IMG/VR virus record: IMGVR_UViG_3300022745_000017 | Location: 62,001-126,000 of that record | Length of the DNA stretch: 64,000 bases | Reading direction: 5' to 3' (one strand) | Shown here: positions 8,203-17,576 of the stretch, piece after piece | Layout of the letters: each line of letters opens with the position of its first letter | How positions within the stretch are numbered: the first letter of the stretch is position 1 | Notes under the pieces: generated by a model | What the model saw: only the letters and a program-made list of their open reading frames with translations | The model's database searches: none | What the model was told of the DNA's origin: nothing | Made by a program: the position numbers and the translations under genes

Positions 8203-9510
8203 ATGCGCTTAAATTTAGCATCTGAGGGCTATACCTCAGCGATGGAAAGCATTGAGTTTCAGTCGTACACAGTTTTCAATGAGCTGTGCGCAGCGGTGAA
8301 GGCTTGTCGTGAAAAAGGTCGCAATGGGCAAAAGATCAAGGAATACTACGAAAGTGGTGCGCCCCGGTTGATTGCCGAGGTTATCGAGAAAAGCTTTGGC
8401 TTTAAGAAGATCAACTTGTTCGATGGCGCTCCCACCGCGTTCCTCCCTCTCATCAACCGCAACCACATTTTCCTGAGCCCCTTCGCTAAGGAAGCTAGTG
8501 TCGATCCCGACATTGACTTCGATGCAAGCTCAGATATGTCGCGGCTTTTGAACCGTGACAAAAAGGAGATGGCTTACGGCAGTGTTGACATTCGCACAGC
8601 CAAACTCACGGGGGCGTTCCTGGAAATTCCTTGCGTGATGCTGCTGCCTCTCGATGAATTGCTCGGCAAGAAAACGCCGTCAGCTCTGACCGATGAGGAA
8701 TTCACCAGCATCATCTTGCATGAAGTTGGGCACTTGTTTACGACGTTCGAATATGTCGATCGCACGATCAAGACCAACCAAATCTTGCACGCCATGATCG
8801 CGGCTCAAAACAGCAAAGTGCCACCCGATCAACGCAAGGTCGTCTTCACCAAGTTTGGCCAAAAGATCAATATGTCTGAGAAAGACATTGAAGATGCTTT
8901 GGTGATCAAGGACAAGACGGCTCTTGGTGTGGTGGTGGTGAACGCATCGATTGATCACTCTAAGAGTGAGCTCGGTGAGAGTGTTTACGACACCACGAGT
9001 TGTGAAGCGCTGGCCGATCAATTTGCTATGCGCATGGGATGCCGCTCCTACCTGGCTTCTGGCTTGGACAAGATCTTGTCGTACTACGGCATGCGCAGCG
9101 CTGGCTCGGTTGGTCGGTTCTTCGCTAACGCTGTTGCATTCGTTAGCTTGATCTGTGCGACGGTTGTGACTTACGGGATTTTGCTCATCATCTTGATCGC
9201 TTGCACGACGCGTGAAGATGACTATGATCGCCCGCGCTCACGCTTTACACGCATGAAGCTCCAGCTCGTCGAAGCACTCAAGCAAGACGATCTGGATAGT
9301 GAGATGAAGACGGAGTTGACCAAAGAGATTGAAAACGTAGAAGGTATCTTGAAGCTCTACGATGACAACGACGGACTCATTGAAAAGATGGCTCTGTTCT
9401 TTAAGTCCTCTTTGCGCAAAGAAAAGAAAATGGAGTTGTTCCAAAAGGACTTGGAACTCTTGGCTGGCAACGACTTGTTCATCAAGTCTGCTAAACTCTC
9501 CACCATGTAA
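8203..9510 (+). CDS. Head/virion protein with zincin motif (phiKZ gp84-like position)
   Basis: IILHEVGH, downstream EALADQFA, hydrophobic segment near the C-terminus, N-terminal ASE/AME candidate prohead-protease sites. Start moved to MRLNL. Confidence 0.75.
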   Translation: MRLNLASEGYTSAMESIEFQSYTVFNELCAAVKACREKGRNGQKIKEYYESGAPRLIAEVIEKSFGFKKINLFDGAPTAFLPLINRNHIFLSPFAKEASVDPDIDFDASSDMSRLLNRDKKEMAYGSVDIRTAKLTGAFLEIPCVMLLPLDELLGKKTPSALTDEEFTSIILHEVGHLFTTFEYVDRTIKTNQILHAMIAAQNSKVPPDQRKVVFTKFGQKINMSEKDIEDALVIKDKTALGVVVVNASIDHSKSELGESVYDTTSCEALADQFAMRMGCRSYLASGLDKILSYYGMRSAGSVGRFFANAVAFVSLICATVVTYGILLIILIACTTREDDYDRPRSRFTRMKLQLVEALKQDDLDSEMKTELTKEIENVEGILKLYDDNDGLIEKMALFFKSSLRKEKKMELFQKDLELLAGNDLFIKSAKLSTM

Positions 9511-9532
9511 CTGTTTTTAAAGGAAGATCAAA

Positions 9533-10012
9533 ATGATCAACACGCGCTTTATGAACCTTGAGGAATATATCCGCAGCAAGGTCACCAACCCAGGCAACTT
9601 CCGCAACACAGTAGGCATCTGCGCTGGCATCGCTGTGTCACGCCTGGCTCCTTTGCCGACCAGTGAGATGGACAACATCGAGCAACATTGGCAAGACAGT
9701 GTCGCTTATGAGGCTCGGCGGGTGCTGGGATTGTTCAATGAGCAAATGGCCATTGACATTGACCTGGCTGTTGACACGGCTCGGCAGTTCTACATGGTGC
9801 GCTACACAGCTGCTTACTGCAACATCTGCTTGACACCCTTTGGTGCGCAAGGGGACAAACAGCCGTCTTTCTTGGAGTCTTACCAAGGGGCTTCCCAGTT
9901 TGTGAGCCAAGAGCTACAAGCCAAGCTCAACGCTTACCCTCTGGCTTACGCCAGTATTTGCAACCGCATTGCCATGGTGATGCGTGAAGAGTTCTTCATC
10001 AACAAAGCCTGA
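9533..10012 (+). CDS. Small virion protein (gp85-like position)
   Basis: 159 aa, AAGGA RBS, synteny. Confidence 0.7.
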   Translation: MINTRFMNLEEYIRSKVTNPGNFRNTVGICAGIAVSRLAPLPTSEMDNIEQHWQDSVAYEARRVLGLFNEQMAIDIDLAVDTARQFYMVRYTAAYCNICLTPFGAQGDKQPSFLESYQGASQFVSQELQAKLNAYPLAYASICNRIAMVMREEFFINKA

Positions 10013-10016
10013 TCGC

Positions 10017-10054
10017 TACTCCTCACTACCGTTTCAGGTAGTGAGGAGTATGCC
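10017..10054 (+). terminator. 14-bp hairpin plus TATGCC
   Basis: tactcctcactacc-gtttca-ggtagtgaggagta, then tgcc. Confidence 0.7.
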
Positions 10055-10069
10055 TCAATTTTTTACAAA

Positions 10070-10079
10070 CACATATCAC
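10070..10079 (+). promoter_or_regulatory. Putative early promoter CACATATCAC
   Basis: Exact copy of the repeated motif, ahead of the accessory island. Confidence 0.7.
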
Positions 10080-10108
10080 AACAATACAATGTCTTAAGAA
10101 AGGACACT

Positions 10109-10468
10109 ATGTTAACAGGCATCAATGAGCGATTGATAGTCGTCAAGACTTGTATCTTGACCGATGCGGTTGAGCCAGCGACTATAGACGCTGCCATGGC
10201 ATTTTTAAGTTTAATGGCAATAAGTCAGCCTAGGAGCATTGGGTTCTACAACACTGGTATGTTGGTTGAGTTTATCGTGTCTCGTAAAGATTACCCAACA
10301 GAGACCAGTGCCAAGATCACCTACCCTAAGTGCGTGGTAGGTTTGCCAGACGGACGCCTGTCAATGATGTTTTTAGTGCCCTTCCATTCAAAAACTACCT
10401 TCGACTACGCCAAAAGTAAGTCGGAGTTTATCGGCGACCAACCCTCTAACTTTGGAGAAAAACGATGA
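10109..10468 (+). CDS. Hypothetical protein
   Basis: 119 aa, AGAAAGGA RBS. Confidence 0.65.
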   Translation: MLTGINERLIVVKTCILTDAVEPATIDAAMAFLSLMAISQPRSIGFYNTGMLVEFIVSRKDYPTETSAKITYPKCVVGLPDGRLSMMFLVPFHSKTTFDYAKSKSEFIGDQPSNFGEKR

Positions 10469-11040
10469 GTTTCTTGGAAAAACTACGGGCCACTGAGCCA
10501 GCGGATATTAAGGCGTACACCTACTCAAGTCTCGATGTCCGCTTCACGACACAGGAAGCTAACTACATCGAAGCCATGAGTGCCGCATGTGCCAATCGTC
10601 ACGCAAAATACGATGCACAGCTAAGGGCTTGGGTGACGCCGGAGTTTATCGTAGAGACACCTGCAAGTGTGCTTAAATCTAGCCCAGAGTGGCCTGAGAA
10701 GGTCAGGTTGGAACCAACCGAGATCAGGGTTCTCGAACCAGATACGCTGATCCAGGGCTATGGCACAGCACTTAATGACTACTTACGTGTGCTATGGTCG
10801 TTGCTGACAGATGATATTCTCGCGCATCTGTCAGGTGCATCTGGTCGTATTAACGTGATGATAGCTTACTGTTTTGTATCGGTGAGCAAGATTGAATTCT
10901 GCTTGATATTGTCCGTTGACCGGGTGCGTTACGCTATTACAATCCGGTCAACGGATGAGCTCTACTGCCACACTGTGCGTAGCAATGTTGAAGTAGGTAA
11001 TTTTTACAGTCACCACAAACCCGTTCCCAATAAGGAATAA
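10465..11040 (+). CDS. Hypothetical protein
   Basis: 191 aa, ATGA overlap with the upstream ORF, GGAG RBS. Confidence 0.7.
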   Translation: MSFLEKLRATEPADIKAYTYSSLDVRFTTQEANYIEAMSAACANRHAKYDAQLRAWVTPEFIVETPASVLKSSPEWPEKVRLEPTEIRVLEPDTLIQGYGTALNDYLRVLWSLLTDDILAHLSGASGRINVMIAYCFVSVSKIEFCLILSVDRVRYAITIRSTDELYCHTVRSNVEVGNFYSHHKPVPNKE

Positions 11041-11050
11041 GGAGTCTACC

Positions 11051-12016
11051 ATGTTCGATATTCGCCACTATCAAGCCTTGCCAGACCATCACCCTCTGTG
11101 TGATTGGTGTGTGCGTGTTTACACCACCTACGCCGCATGTACTGAGGTCGCTGTAGTGCGTAAGAACGACTACAACGGGCTCAACAGTAACGGAGTTCCT
11201 ATCTCGCCTTACCGTGGGGATCAGCACGATCGCAAGATCGTATTGTTGAGTGGTGACTATAGATCCCCGCCTTCTGTCGTAAAGTTCATGGTGAACGCCG
11301 CTAAGGATTTGGCTAACCATCTGAACTTCGCTCGCCGGCAAAAGTACCGCAACAATCCTGAAGCAATGCAAATGCTCGGTGATGATGCGGAAAAGCCCAC
11401 TGTCATTCGACCGCCCAGGGGCGAGTTCCTGGAGTTCCACGCCAACTGGATGTGGGGGCACGATAACAAAATGTTCAAGTTTGTCACGCCGCTGCTTTAT
11501 ATCTGCGCGAACGGCCCCCTGCCCAAAGTACAGCTGTACTTGGCAAGCGACACCATCCAGGAAATCAAGTACATGCGGCGTGTTGGGTCTCTTAATAAAG
11601 ACCCTGAGCTGATCTCGAAGTTTTCGGACTACGTCGACGGTTTCTTGGCGGGGATGGATCGCACTGCGGCATATGCCTTGGCGAGTGACTTGATCTCTAT
11701 ACTGCCTCAAGAGACCCCAGACACCGCACTCTCTTTCAACCTGGCCTCTCTGATCCAATCGAATGGTGAAGAGATGAGCAAGGTCGTCTGGGAGCGCCTG
11801 CACCTGATTCGCACAGGGATCTATACCGTCATGGTGACGGAAGATAATGATGGTCAAGCGATCATGCAAACCATCAGTGCCTCTATGCACTTGTTGCTGC
11901 TGATCGCCATGATTCGTTTCATCTTGCTGACGATCAAGGTCTGCCCGGCAGCTGAGCTTGAGGCTCTGACACCACGCCTCACCGAACAAGTCAAAATCCT
12001 GGCCAACTGTCAGTAA
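11051..12016 (+). CDS. Hypothetical protein
   Basis: 321 aa, AAGGAG RBS. Confidence 0.75.
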   Translation: MFDIRHYQALPDHHPLCDWCVRVYTTYAACTEVAVVRKNDYNGLNSNGVPISPYRGDQHDRKIVLLSGDYRSPPSVVKFMVNAAKDLANHLNFARRQKYRNNPEAMQMLGDDAEKPTVIRPPRGEFLEFHANWMWGHDNKMFKFVTPLLYICANGPLPKVQLYLASDTIQEIKYMRRVGSLNKDPELISKFSDYVDGFLAGMDRTAAYALASDLISILPQETPDTALSFNLASLIQSNGEEMSKVVWERLHLIRTGIYTVMVTEDNDGQAIMQTISASMHLLLLIAMIRFILLTIKVCPAAELEALTPRLTEQVKILANCQ

Positions 12017-12020
12017 CCCC

Positions 12021-12044
12021 AGAGGCACCTCTAGAGGTGCCTCT
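12021..12044. repeat. 24-bp perfect palindrome
   Basis: agaggcacctctagaggtgcctct, intergenic. Confidence 0.7.
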
Positions 12045-12060
12045 AACTAAGGAATTCAAA

Positions 12061-12603
12061 ATGGCAAAAGCAGTCAAAAAAGAACCCGTTAAAATCCGCG
12101 AAGCCCTGCTCTTCTTTCGCCGCTACACAGATCAGTCAATCCTGCTCACAACCCACTATGAAGGCAGTCTGCTAGTCTTGGGTCTGCCTAAGGTAAGCTT
12201 ACCTGGCGACAACGATAAGATCGCAAATACAGATGCCTTTATTGCCAAAGAAGTCAGAAAACAGGCCGCTTTGCCGCTGGCCGTACCCATCCGAAAGTTG
12301 TACATGAATACAACTGCCTATGGTCCTAAGGATGATTGGTTTAAGCGAAACACCAAGGATTTTAAACTCAACCCGTTCCAGACGGTGGCATACACACCTG
12401 AGCTGCATTGCTACATAGAGTCTTCTCAGTCTACTTACCCGGCTTTGCCGGGCGGCACATGTTACGCCGAGATGCCAAAAGGTGATATACGACAAGCACT
12501 CGAAGAGTGGCGTGTCATCACAGGGGCAGATATGATCTGCCCCCACACCATCGCTGCGTTTGGAATCATACGCGCCGTCGACTCGTACAATAAGCCAGCG
12601 TGA
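12061..12603 (+). CDS. Degenerate Nudix-fold protein, paralog of 13044..13469
   Basis: Aligns by eye: KEPVKIREALL/KELVRVRAFL, VLGLPKVSL/IMCLPGGGV, FIAKEVRKQAALPLAVPI/ALHREVQEEVSLRLKSPV. Nudix-box acids are lost. Confidence 0.6.
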   Translation: MAKAVKKEPVKIREALLFFRRYTDQSILLTTHYEGSLLVLGLPKVSLPGDNDKIANTDAFIAKEVRKQAALPLAVPIRKLYMNTTAYGPKDDWFKRNTKDFKLNPFQTVAYTPELHCYIESSQSTYPALPGGTCYAEMPKGDIRQALEEWRVITGADMICPHTIAAFGIIRAVDSYNKPA

Positions 12604-12613
12604 GGATAGGGAC

Positions 12614-12961
12614 ATGATCACCCGTTTTACGATCTTCATACACACCCCCGAGTCAAAGACACTTGTGGAACAGCTCCCTGATGGTATTTCTCTGAGTTAT
12701 CCAGAAGTGCTGATGGACAGCCAGGCTGACTTAGAGACGTTCTTGATCAAAGACTTAGGTATCCCGAAGGCTGCCGAAATTGCTTGGTTCAATGATGCTT
12801 TTTGTATGGTTCACATTCGTGTCGACCCGTCGGTAAACCAGATGCTGGCTTTGCGCAAGTATTGGCCTGACATCGCTGGCTTACCGTGGGATGATGCTAG
12901 GACACGCCGGTTTGTACATCGCCCAATTGACCTCACTAAGAAGAATAGTTCGAACCTATAA
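12614..12961 (+). CDS. Hypothetical protein
   Basis: Start moved to MITRFT after the GAGGA/AGGG RBS. Confidence 0.65.
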   Translation: MITRFTIFIHTPESKTLVEQLPDGISLSYPEVLMDSQADLETFLIKDLGIPKAAEIAWFNDAFCMVHIRVDPSVNQMLALRKYWPDIAGLPWDDARTRRFVHRPIDLTKKNSSNL

Positions 12962-12966
12962 AAACA

Positions 12967-13037
12967 CAGTCACATATGCCGTTAGTGACTTGAGTAATGA
13001 TGCTAGCTTGAGTCACTCACTAATGTGCATCACGGAG
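12967..13037 (+). ncRNA. Conserved promoter plus pseudoknotted leader, copy 2
   Basis: P1 12984-12994/13007-13017; TGATGC 12998-13003 with GCATCA 13027-13032; GGAG 13034-13037. Confidence 0.6.
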
Positions 13038-13043
13038 ATAGAT

Positions 13044-13469
13044 ATGGCTAAGAAAGAGTTGGTTCGTGTGCGAGCTTTCCTTCAAAACGAAGAGGGTAAG
13101 TATCTCGTACTGTACCGCAAGTACAGTGAAAAGAAGGTGATCATGTGCCTGCCGGGTGGTGGCGTGGAAGAGGGTGAAGATCCCCTGCAAGCGTTGCACC
13201 GCGAGGTGCAAGAAGAAGTATCGTTACGGCTGAAAAGCCCGGTACACATCGGTGATCATTGTGTGCCAGGCGCGTATGAAGGGTATGAGAATACCCGATT
13301 TAGCTTCTATAGCGCGGGATGGGATGGGGAAGTCTTCATGCCACCCCAAGAGGTGGCTAAGCACGCCGGCTACGAATGGCTCACTAAATCTGAGATCGAG
13401 TGGGGTGGGGCGCTTAAGGTGGGGCGCTGTACCGAATATGGGCACGGCATTCTGTCGATGTTGGCTTAA
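13044..13469 (+). CDS. Nudix hydrolase
   Basis: Nudix box LPGGGVEEGEDPLQALHREVQEEVSL; start MAKKELV after GGAG. Confidence 0.9.
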   Translation: MAKKELVRVRAFLQNEEGKYLVLYRKYSEKKVIMCLPGGGVEEGEDPLQALHREVQEEVSLRLKSPVHIGDHCVPGAYEGYENTRFSFYSAGWDGEVFMPPQEVAKHAGYEWLTKSEIEWGGALKVGRCTEYGHGILSMLA

Positions 13470-13515
13470 GACATAGGCAGTACAGCGAGTGGCGTAAGCC
13501 ACTCGCTGTACTGCC
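13470..13515. terminator. 18-bp hairpin with GTAA loop between convergent genes; TATGTC follows on the minus strand
   Basis: ggcagtacagcgagtggc-gtaa-gccactcgctgtactgcc; T-run on the plus side. Confidence 0.75.
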
Positions 13516-13527
13516 CGTACTTCTTTT

Positions 13528-16443
13528 TTATTTCTTCGACACGATCTTGAAACTAATGTCGATGGCATTCTCGACAGTCAGTCTGCCATCAGTAGATGCG
13601 GCTAAGCGCTTCTTCAGAGACAATCGGTCTGAGTCGCTCACTAGCGTAACGACACTATAAGTATCGTCGATCAGTTTGCTAATCTCCACATCGTGCAACA
13701 GATCACCTAAGACATCTCGGATATCTGCAATGATGGCACTCACACTCACAATGCTCTTATCAAGACCACGCTTGATTGCTTTGATGGTCGCTTCTCGCAG
13801 CGTTGAGCAAAGCACGGTGTTGTTGTAAGTCTTTTCCGTGACATAGAGTTTGACGGTAAATGACTGAGCTGCGCTCACACTTCGCTGGGTAGAACCGTCC
13901 ACCAGCACATTGACTTGACCTTGGTCGACCTTCGGGTGGAAGTAAATAGCTGTGCGGTCAAGCACGCGCTTGTTCATCTCCACCAGGGTGTCTGTGATCC
14001 AATCCACCATCGTGCTGATAGCTGTCTTCAGGTAGTTTGTGGCTGATGCGTCAGTTGCGAAGTAGTAAGCTCCGTCGATCAGTGTAACCCCGATATGGCG
14101 AACCAAGGCAGCTCGGTAATTGGGGTCAGGGATCGGTACACCATTAGCGTCCAAAATCACATCACCCTCTCGGTAAGCGTAAATCGGCTGACCTGAGCCA
14201 TCTAACTGAGCGTCGCCTGCGCTATGGAGCTTTTGATTCCATGTCAACACGCCATCAACTACAGTAAATGGCAAGCCTGTGGTCGGGTCTAGCTGATACA
14301 CATCTTGCTCATATGTCAGCACGATGTCAGCCGTTCTGCGCAGGTAGTTCTGCACAGATACACTGCTGCGGTGCTGAGCCCACAAATTCTTGAGTGCAGT
14401 ACCAAACTTGAGCTGTATAGTTTCGTGTGTGAGGCCGTGAAACCCTTGTGTCAATTGATCGTCGGGTAACAATGCATCAAAGCTACTGGGCAAAGGTGTG
14501 TCGACAGATTTGTGACTATACACCAAGTCAAACGACTGTAGCAAATCACAGTAAGCGGTGGATGCACTACCGCCTTGTGTCACATCGGTCAAGAACAGTC
14601 TATCGTTGGCATCGATGAAGAAGTCTGTACTCAGAATGAACCGGTACTTGCGCTCATCGCTGCTGGAGATGCGCGCTATCAGACTGCCTTCAATATGGTA
14701 GCGAACACCGTCTGCTGGAGAAACAAATGACAACCACACACTCAGGTTGGCGTCATCTTCTGCTTTGAAGAAATCATTGGAAGACGTGTAGACATCTAAG
14801 GTGTAGAACTGCTGGAATCGCTTAAGGATGTAGTTACCTGCCGTAGCGACACTCAAGATGGATTCATCTTGATAATCTACAAAACTCTTGGTCACCGCCA
14901 GAGGGGCTTCCAGGTAGTAAGGCCTGACAGACAAAACATCTGTTTGCGCATCGATCACGTAGTGAAACGGTGAGAATGCATAAGCGTTTGTTTTGAAGTG
15001 CTCTGCTAGTTGCGCAGGAGTTAGTGCTAGCAAGGCATTGACTTCTTGTGCATCGAGCATGGTGTAAACACCATTGTCGTAGCGATAAAGTGTCTTAGGC
15101 GAGAGTGTCACTGCTTTGTCGCTGTGGTCAGTGACGCCGTAGCCGAGCATCGCTTGCTTGAGCGTCATCTCACACATCGCTAGCGACGAGGAGGCAGCGC
15201 CTAACAGCGGGTTGTCTGTTGGTGCCGGTAGGCCAGCCGTAGCCAGGTAAACTCGGCTCGTCACAGTGTCAACATCCTTGACCAAGGTGAAGCCTTGTTC
15301 TTCAAGTGCTGTGCTGAGCTGAGCGTCTGTGATGGGGATGTCTTGCACACCTAGTGAGCGATCAATTACACGCTGGCGAATAGTCTCAAAGCTATCGGGG
15401 TCACTACCACCCGTGACAACGTCAGTGGAGTAAACCATAGCGTTATCGATATTACCAAACGCTGCGGTATAAACGGTCGAATCCGAAGGGTCGATGGCTT
15501 TCCACTCATACTGCCAATCGCTCGGGCTGTACGCTGACAAAGCCATGTTGACAGCGCCCAAGGTCTCGTACACCACGATGCGGATACGCCCCGATGCTAA
15601 GCCGCTGGCAATGTAGTTGACAGGAATTATCACAGTGACTTTCTTATCACTGTACTGAACGATCGCTGTCAATACCAAGGGGTCATACAGGTAGGTCGAA
15701 GAGGTAGTTTGAATCTCTTTCCAAACACCTGAGACCTCCTGCCACACTCGCACAGCGTAGGGCTTGTCAGAGATGGTGATATCTGTCTTGAGTCCAGATG
15801 TCCACGACAAGTCTACCAAACGAGTTGTTGTTTTGAACTGATCGGTAGGGATCTTGAGCTGGAAATACTCTTGTCTATCTGTGGCAGTAAATGCCAGTGT
15901 CTCGATCTCATTGGTACTCAAAGACTTCAATGGGGAAACAACGTCGAGATCCCACTTTACGACAATCGCACCACTAGCAGTTTCCTGGATGACAATCGGG
16001 TATTGCATCGAAAACGTGGTCGAGCCTACCTTGAAGCATGAGTCCCGTGGAATCACTAACTTACGAGAAGCTGTGTTGGGGATGTCTACAAAGTTAGCCA
16101 AAAGATCGCTTTTGCGCAAAATCAAGTAAACCCAAGTGGAAGCCGGCTTGGCCCACAGGCCAATCTGGTCTTGGGTTGACATGTGCGGATAGAGCTCTTC
16201 CATGGTGGTGGCTAAGCGAGGATGTGTCTTGCGCAAGGTGGCTTGCAACTCATCGCACACAGCAGCTGTGCCAGCGGTGAAGGCTTCTAGCAAAAACACC
16301 ACAGGGTTGCTGGGATCGACGATATCGATCTCACCGGCGTTAGCCTTGTCCAGTGCTTTGAACATGACTTCGCGCATACTCAGTGGGTTATACTTGTAAT
16401 TGGCCAAGTCACCGACATAATCGCTAAATTTAGATGCAGCCAT
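13528..16443 (-). CDS. Baseplate wedge protein (T4 gp6/baseplate-J-like; phiKZ gp87-like)
   Basis: 971 aa from MAASKF; baseplate-J-like TGGSDPDSFETIRQRV; size and position match recalled gp87. Confidence 0.75.
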   Translation of the reverse strand: MAASKFSDYVGDLANYKYNPLSMREVMFKALDKANAGEIDIVDPSNPVVFLLEAFTAGTAAVCDELQATLRKTHPRLATTMEELYPHMSTQDQIGLWAKPASTWVYLILRKSDLLANFVDIPNTASRKLVIPRDSCFKVGSTTFSMQYPIVIQETASGAIVVKWDLDVVSPLKSLSTNEIETLAFTATDRQEYFQLKIPTDQFKTTTRLVDLSWTSGLKTDITISDKPYAVRVWQEVSGVWKEIQTTSSTYLYDPLVLTAIVQYSDKKVTVIIPVNYIASGLASGRIRIVVYETLGAVNMALSAYSPSDWQYEWKAIDPSDSTVYTAAFGNIDNAMVYSTDVVTGGSDPDSFETIRQRVIDRSLGVQDIPITDAQLSTALEEQGFTLVKDVDTVTSRVYLATAGLPAPTDNPLLGAASSSLAMCEMTLKQAMLGYGVTDHSDKAVTLSPKTLYRYDNGVYTMLDAQEVNALLALTPAQLAEHFKTNAYAFSPFHYVIDAQTDVLSVRPYYLEAPLAVTKSFVDYQDESILSVATAGNYILKRFQQFYTLDVYTSSNDFFKAEDDANLSVWLSFVSPADGVRYHIEGSLIARISSSDERKYRFILSTDFFIDANDRLFLTDVTQGGSASTAYCDLLQSFDLVYSHKSVDTPLPSSFDALLPDDQLTQGFHGLTHETIQLKFGTALKNLWAQHRSSVSVQNYLRRTADIVLTYEQDVYQLDPTTGLPFTVVDGVLTWNQKLHSAGDAQLDGSGQPIYAYREGDVILDANGVPIPDPNYRAALVRHIGVTLIDGAYYFATDASATNYLKTAISTMVDWITDTLVEMNKRVLDRTAIYFHPKVDQGQVNVLVDGSTQRSVSAAQSFTVKLYVTEKTYNNTVLCSTLREATIKAIKRGLDKSIVSVSAIIADIRDVLGDLLHDVEISKLIDDTYSVVTLVSDSDRLSLKKRLAASTDGRLTVENAIDISFKIVSKK

Positions 16444-16444
16444 T

Positions 16445-17521
16445 TTAGTAGTTCCTGTAATCGGGTGGAGAAGTGTTGCCGGTATAGAGCGCTTTATATT
16501 GGCGCTCAAATGCGCGCATTACGTTGTCATACGTGTTCTTATACACGTACCACTCTAAGTCCCAGCTACTCGGATCAATCCGTGGGTAGCCCTGGAAGTT
16601 AAAGAAGTCCAGTACAGAGATATCGATCTTCTGCATGTTGGACTTTCTCGTTGCGTCCTTCATTGACTCGCAGAAGATACCAACTAAGTCATTGAAATCT
16701 TCAACGATGATCGGATCATTGTAGCGCGCCCCAGAGTTGCGAAATGTCACCTCGATGGTATCGTAGGCTTGGTTGTAAACCTTATCTGCTTCGAAGTTAA
16801 AGCTCGACCCAATATTGATAGCAATGGGAACAGACACACCTGTGCAAGCTAGCTTGACCACACGCCTTTTTGTTCGGTCCAATACTAAGCGGTAAATGCG
16901 CGTTTGGTAATCGATCTCATCGAGTGCGATCATGTCCATATAGGGCACCATGATGCCCTTGTAGACATTACTGATGTAGAGTAGCCACGAATAGATCATC
17001 GCGGTGATTGGATCACCAGCCACACTGCGAAAAGTGGCCGTCATGTCGTATGACCAGAAAATATCGATGATTGAGTCAACGATAGAGAACTGCTCATTGT
17101 AGACGCCCTTGGCTGATGTAAAGGTGTCTAAGGAAGCGTCAGGCCATCCAGAGAGACTTTGTATCTGATTGCTCAGCAGTGGGATGAACGCGTTGTCATG
17201 GTCAATGAGACTGCACTCGAAACTACGGTCAACGTAGTTAAGCCGAGGGTCTAACATGCAGCGGATATAGCGCTGATAATGTGCTTGCTCCAGGGTGAGC
17301 ATGGGTATGAGCCGGCGGTCGGCGCGCACATTTTGTGTCGTTAAGTTCAACGCTGGGCGCGTCATGAAAGTCAAACCAAACACCTCCTTATTGGAAGGTG
17401 TCATGTTGGCTACTTGCCGGTGGTTAATCCCGTACAAGGTGTTTGCAATCGAGCGATTGGTACTCCCAATCGGTGAATTGCGGAACACTTCGTCGAGTGT
17501 TAGGTTGATTTTTGTGGTCAT
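16445..17521 (-). CDS. Tail-tube-like/baseplate virion protein (gp88-like)
   Basis: 358 aa, beta-rich, co-oriented with the wedge gene; assignment by synteny. Confidence 0.6.
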   Translation of the reverse strand: MTTKINLTLDEVFRNSPIGSTNRSIANTLYGINHRQVANMTPSNKEVFGLTFMTRPALNLTTQNVRADRRLIPMLTLEQAHYQRYIRCMLDPRLNYVDRSFECSLIDHDNAFIPLLSNQIQSLSGWPDASLDTFTSAKGVYNEQFSIVDSIIDIFWSYDMTATFRSVAGDPITAMIYSWLLYISNVYKGIMVPYMDMIALDEIDYQTRIYRLVLDRTKRRVVKLACTGVSVPIAINIGSSFNFEADKVYNQAYDTIEVTFRNSGARYNDPIIVEDFNDLVGIFCESMKDATRKSNMQKIDISVLDFFNFQGYPRIDPSSWDLEWYVYKNTYDNVMRAFERQYKALYTGNTSPPDYRNY

Positions 17522-17576
17522 GATACCGTGCAATAAGGGGTTAAAATGTTAAATGAATCATATATGACACTGATTT

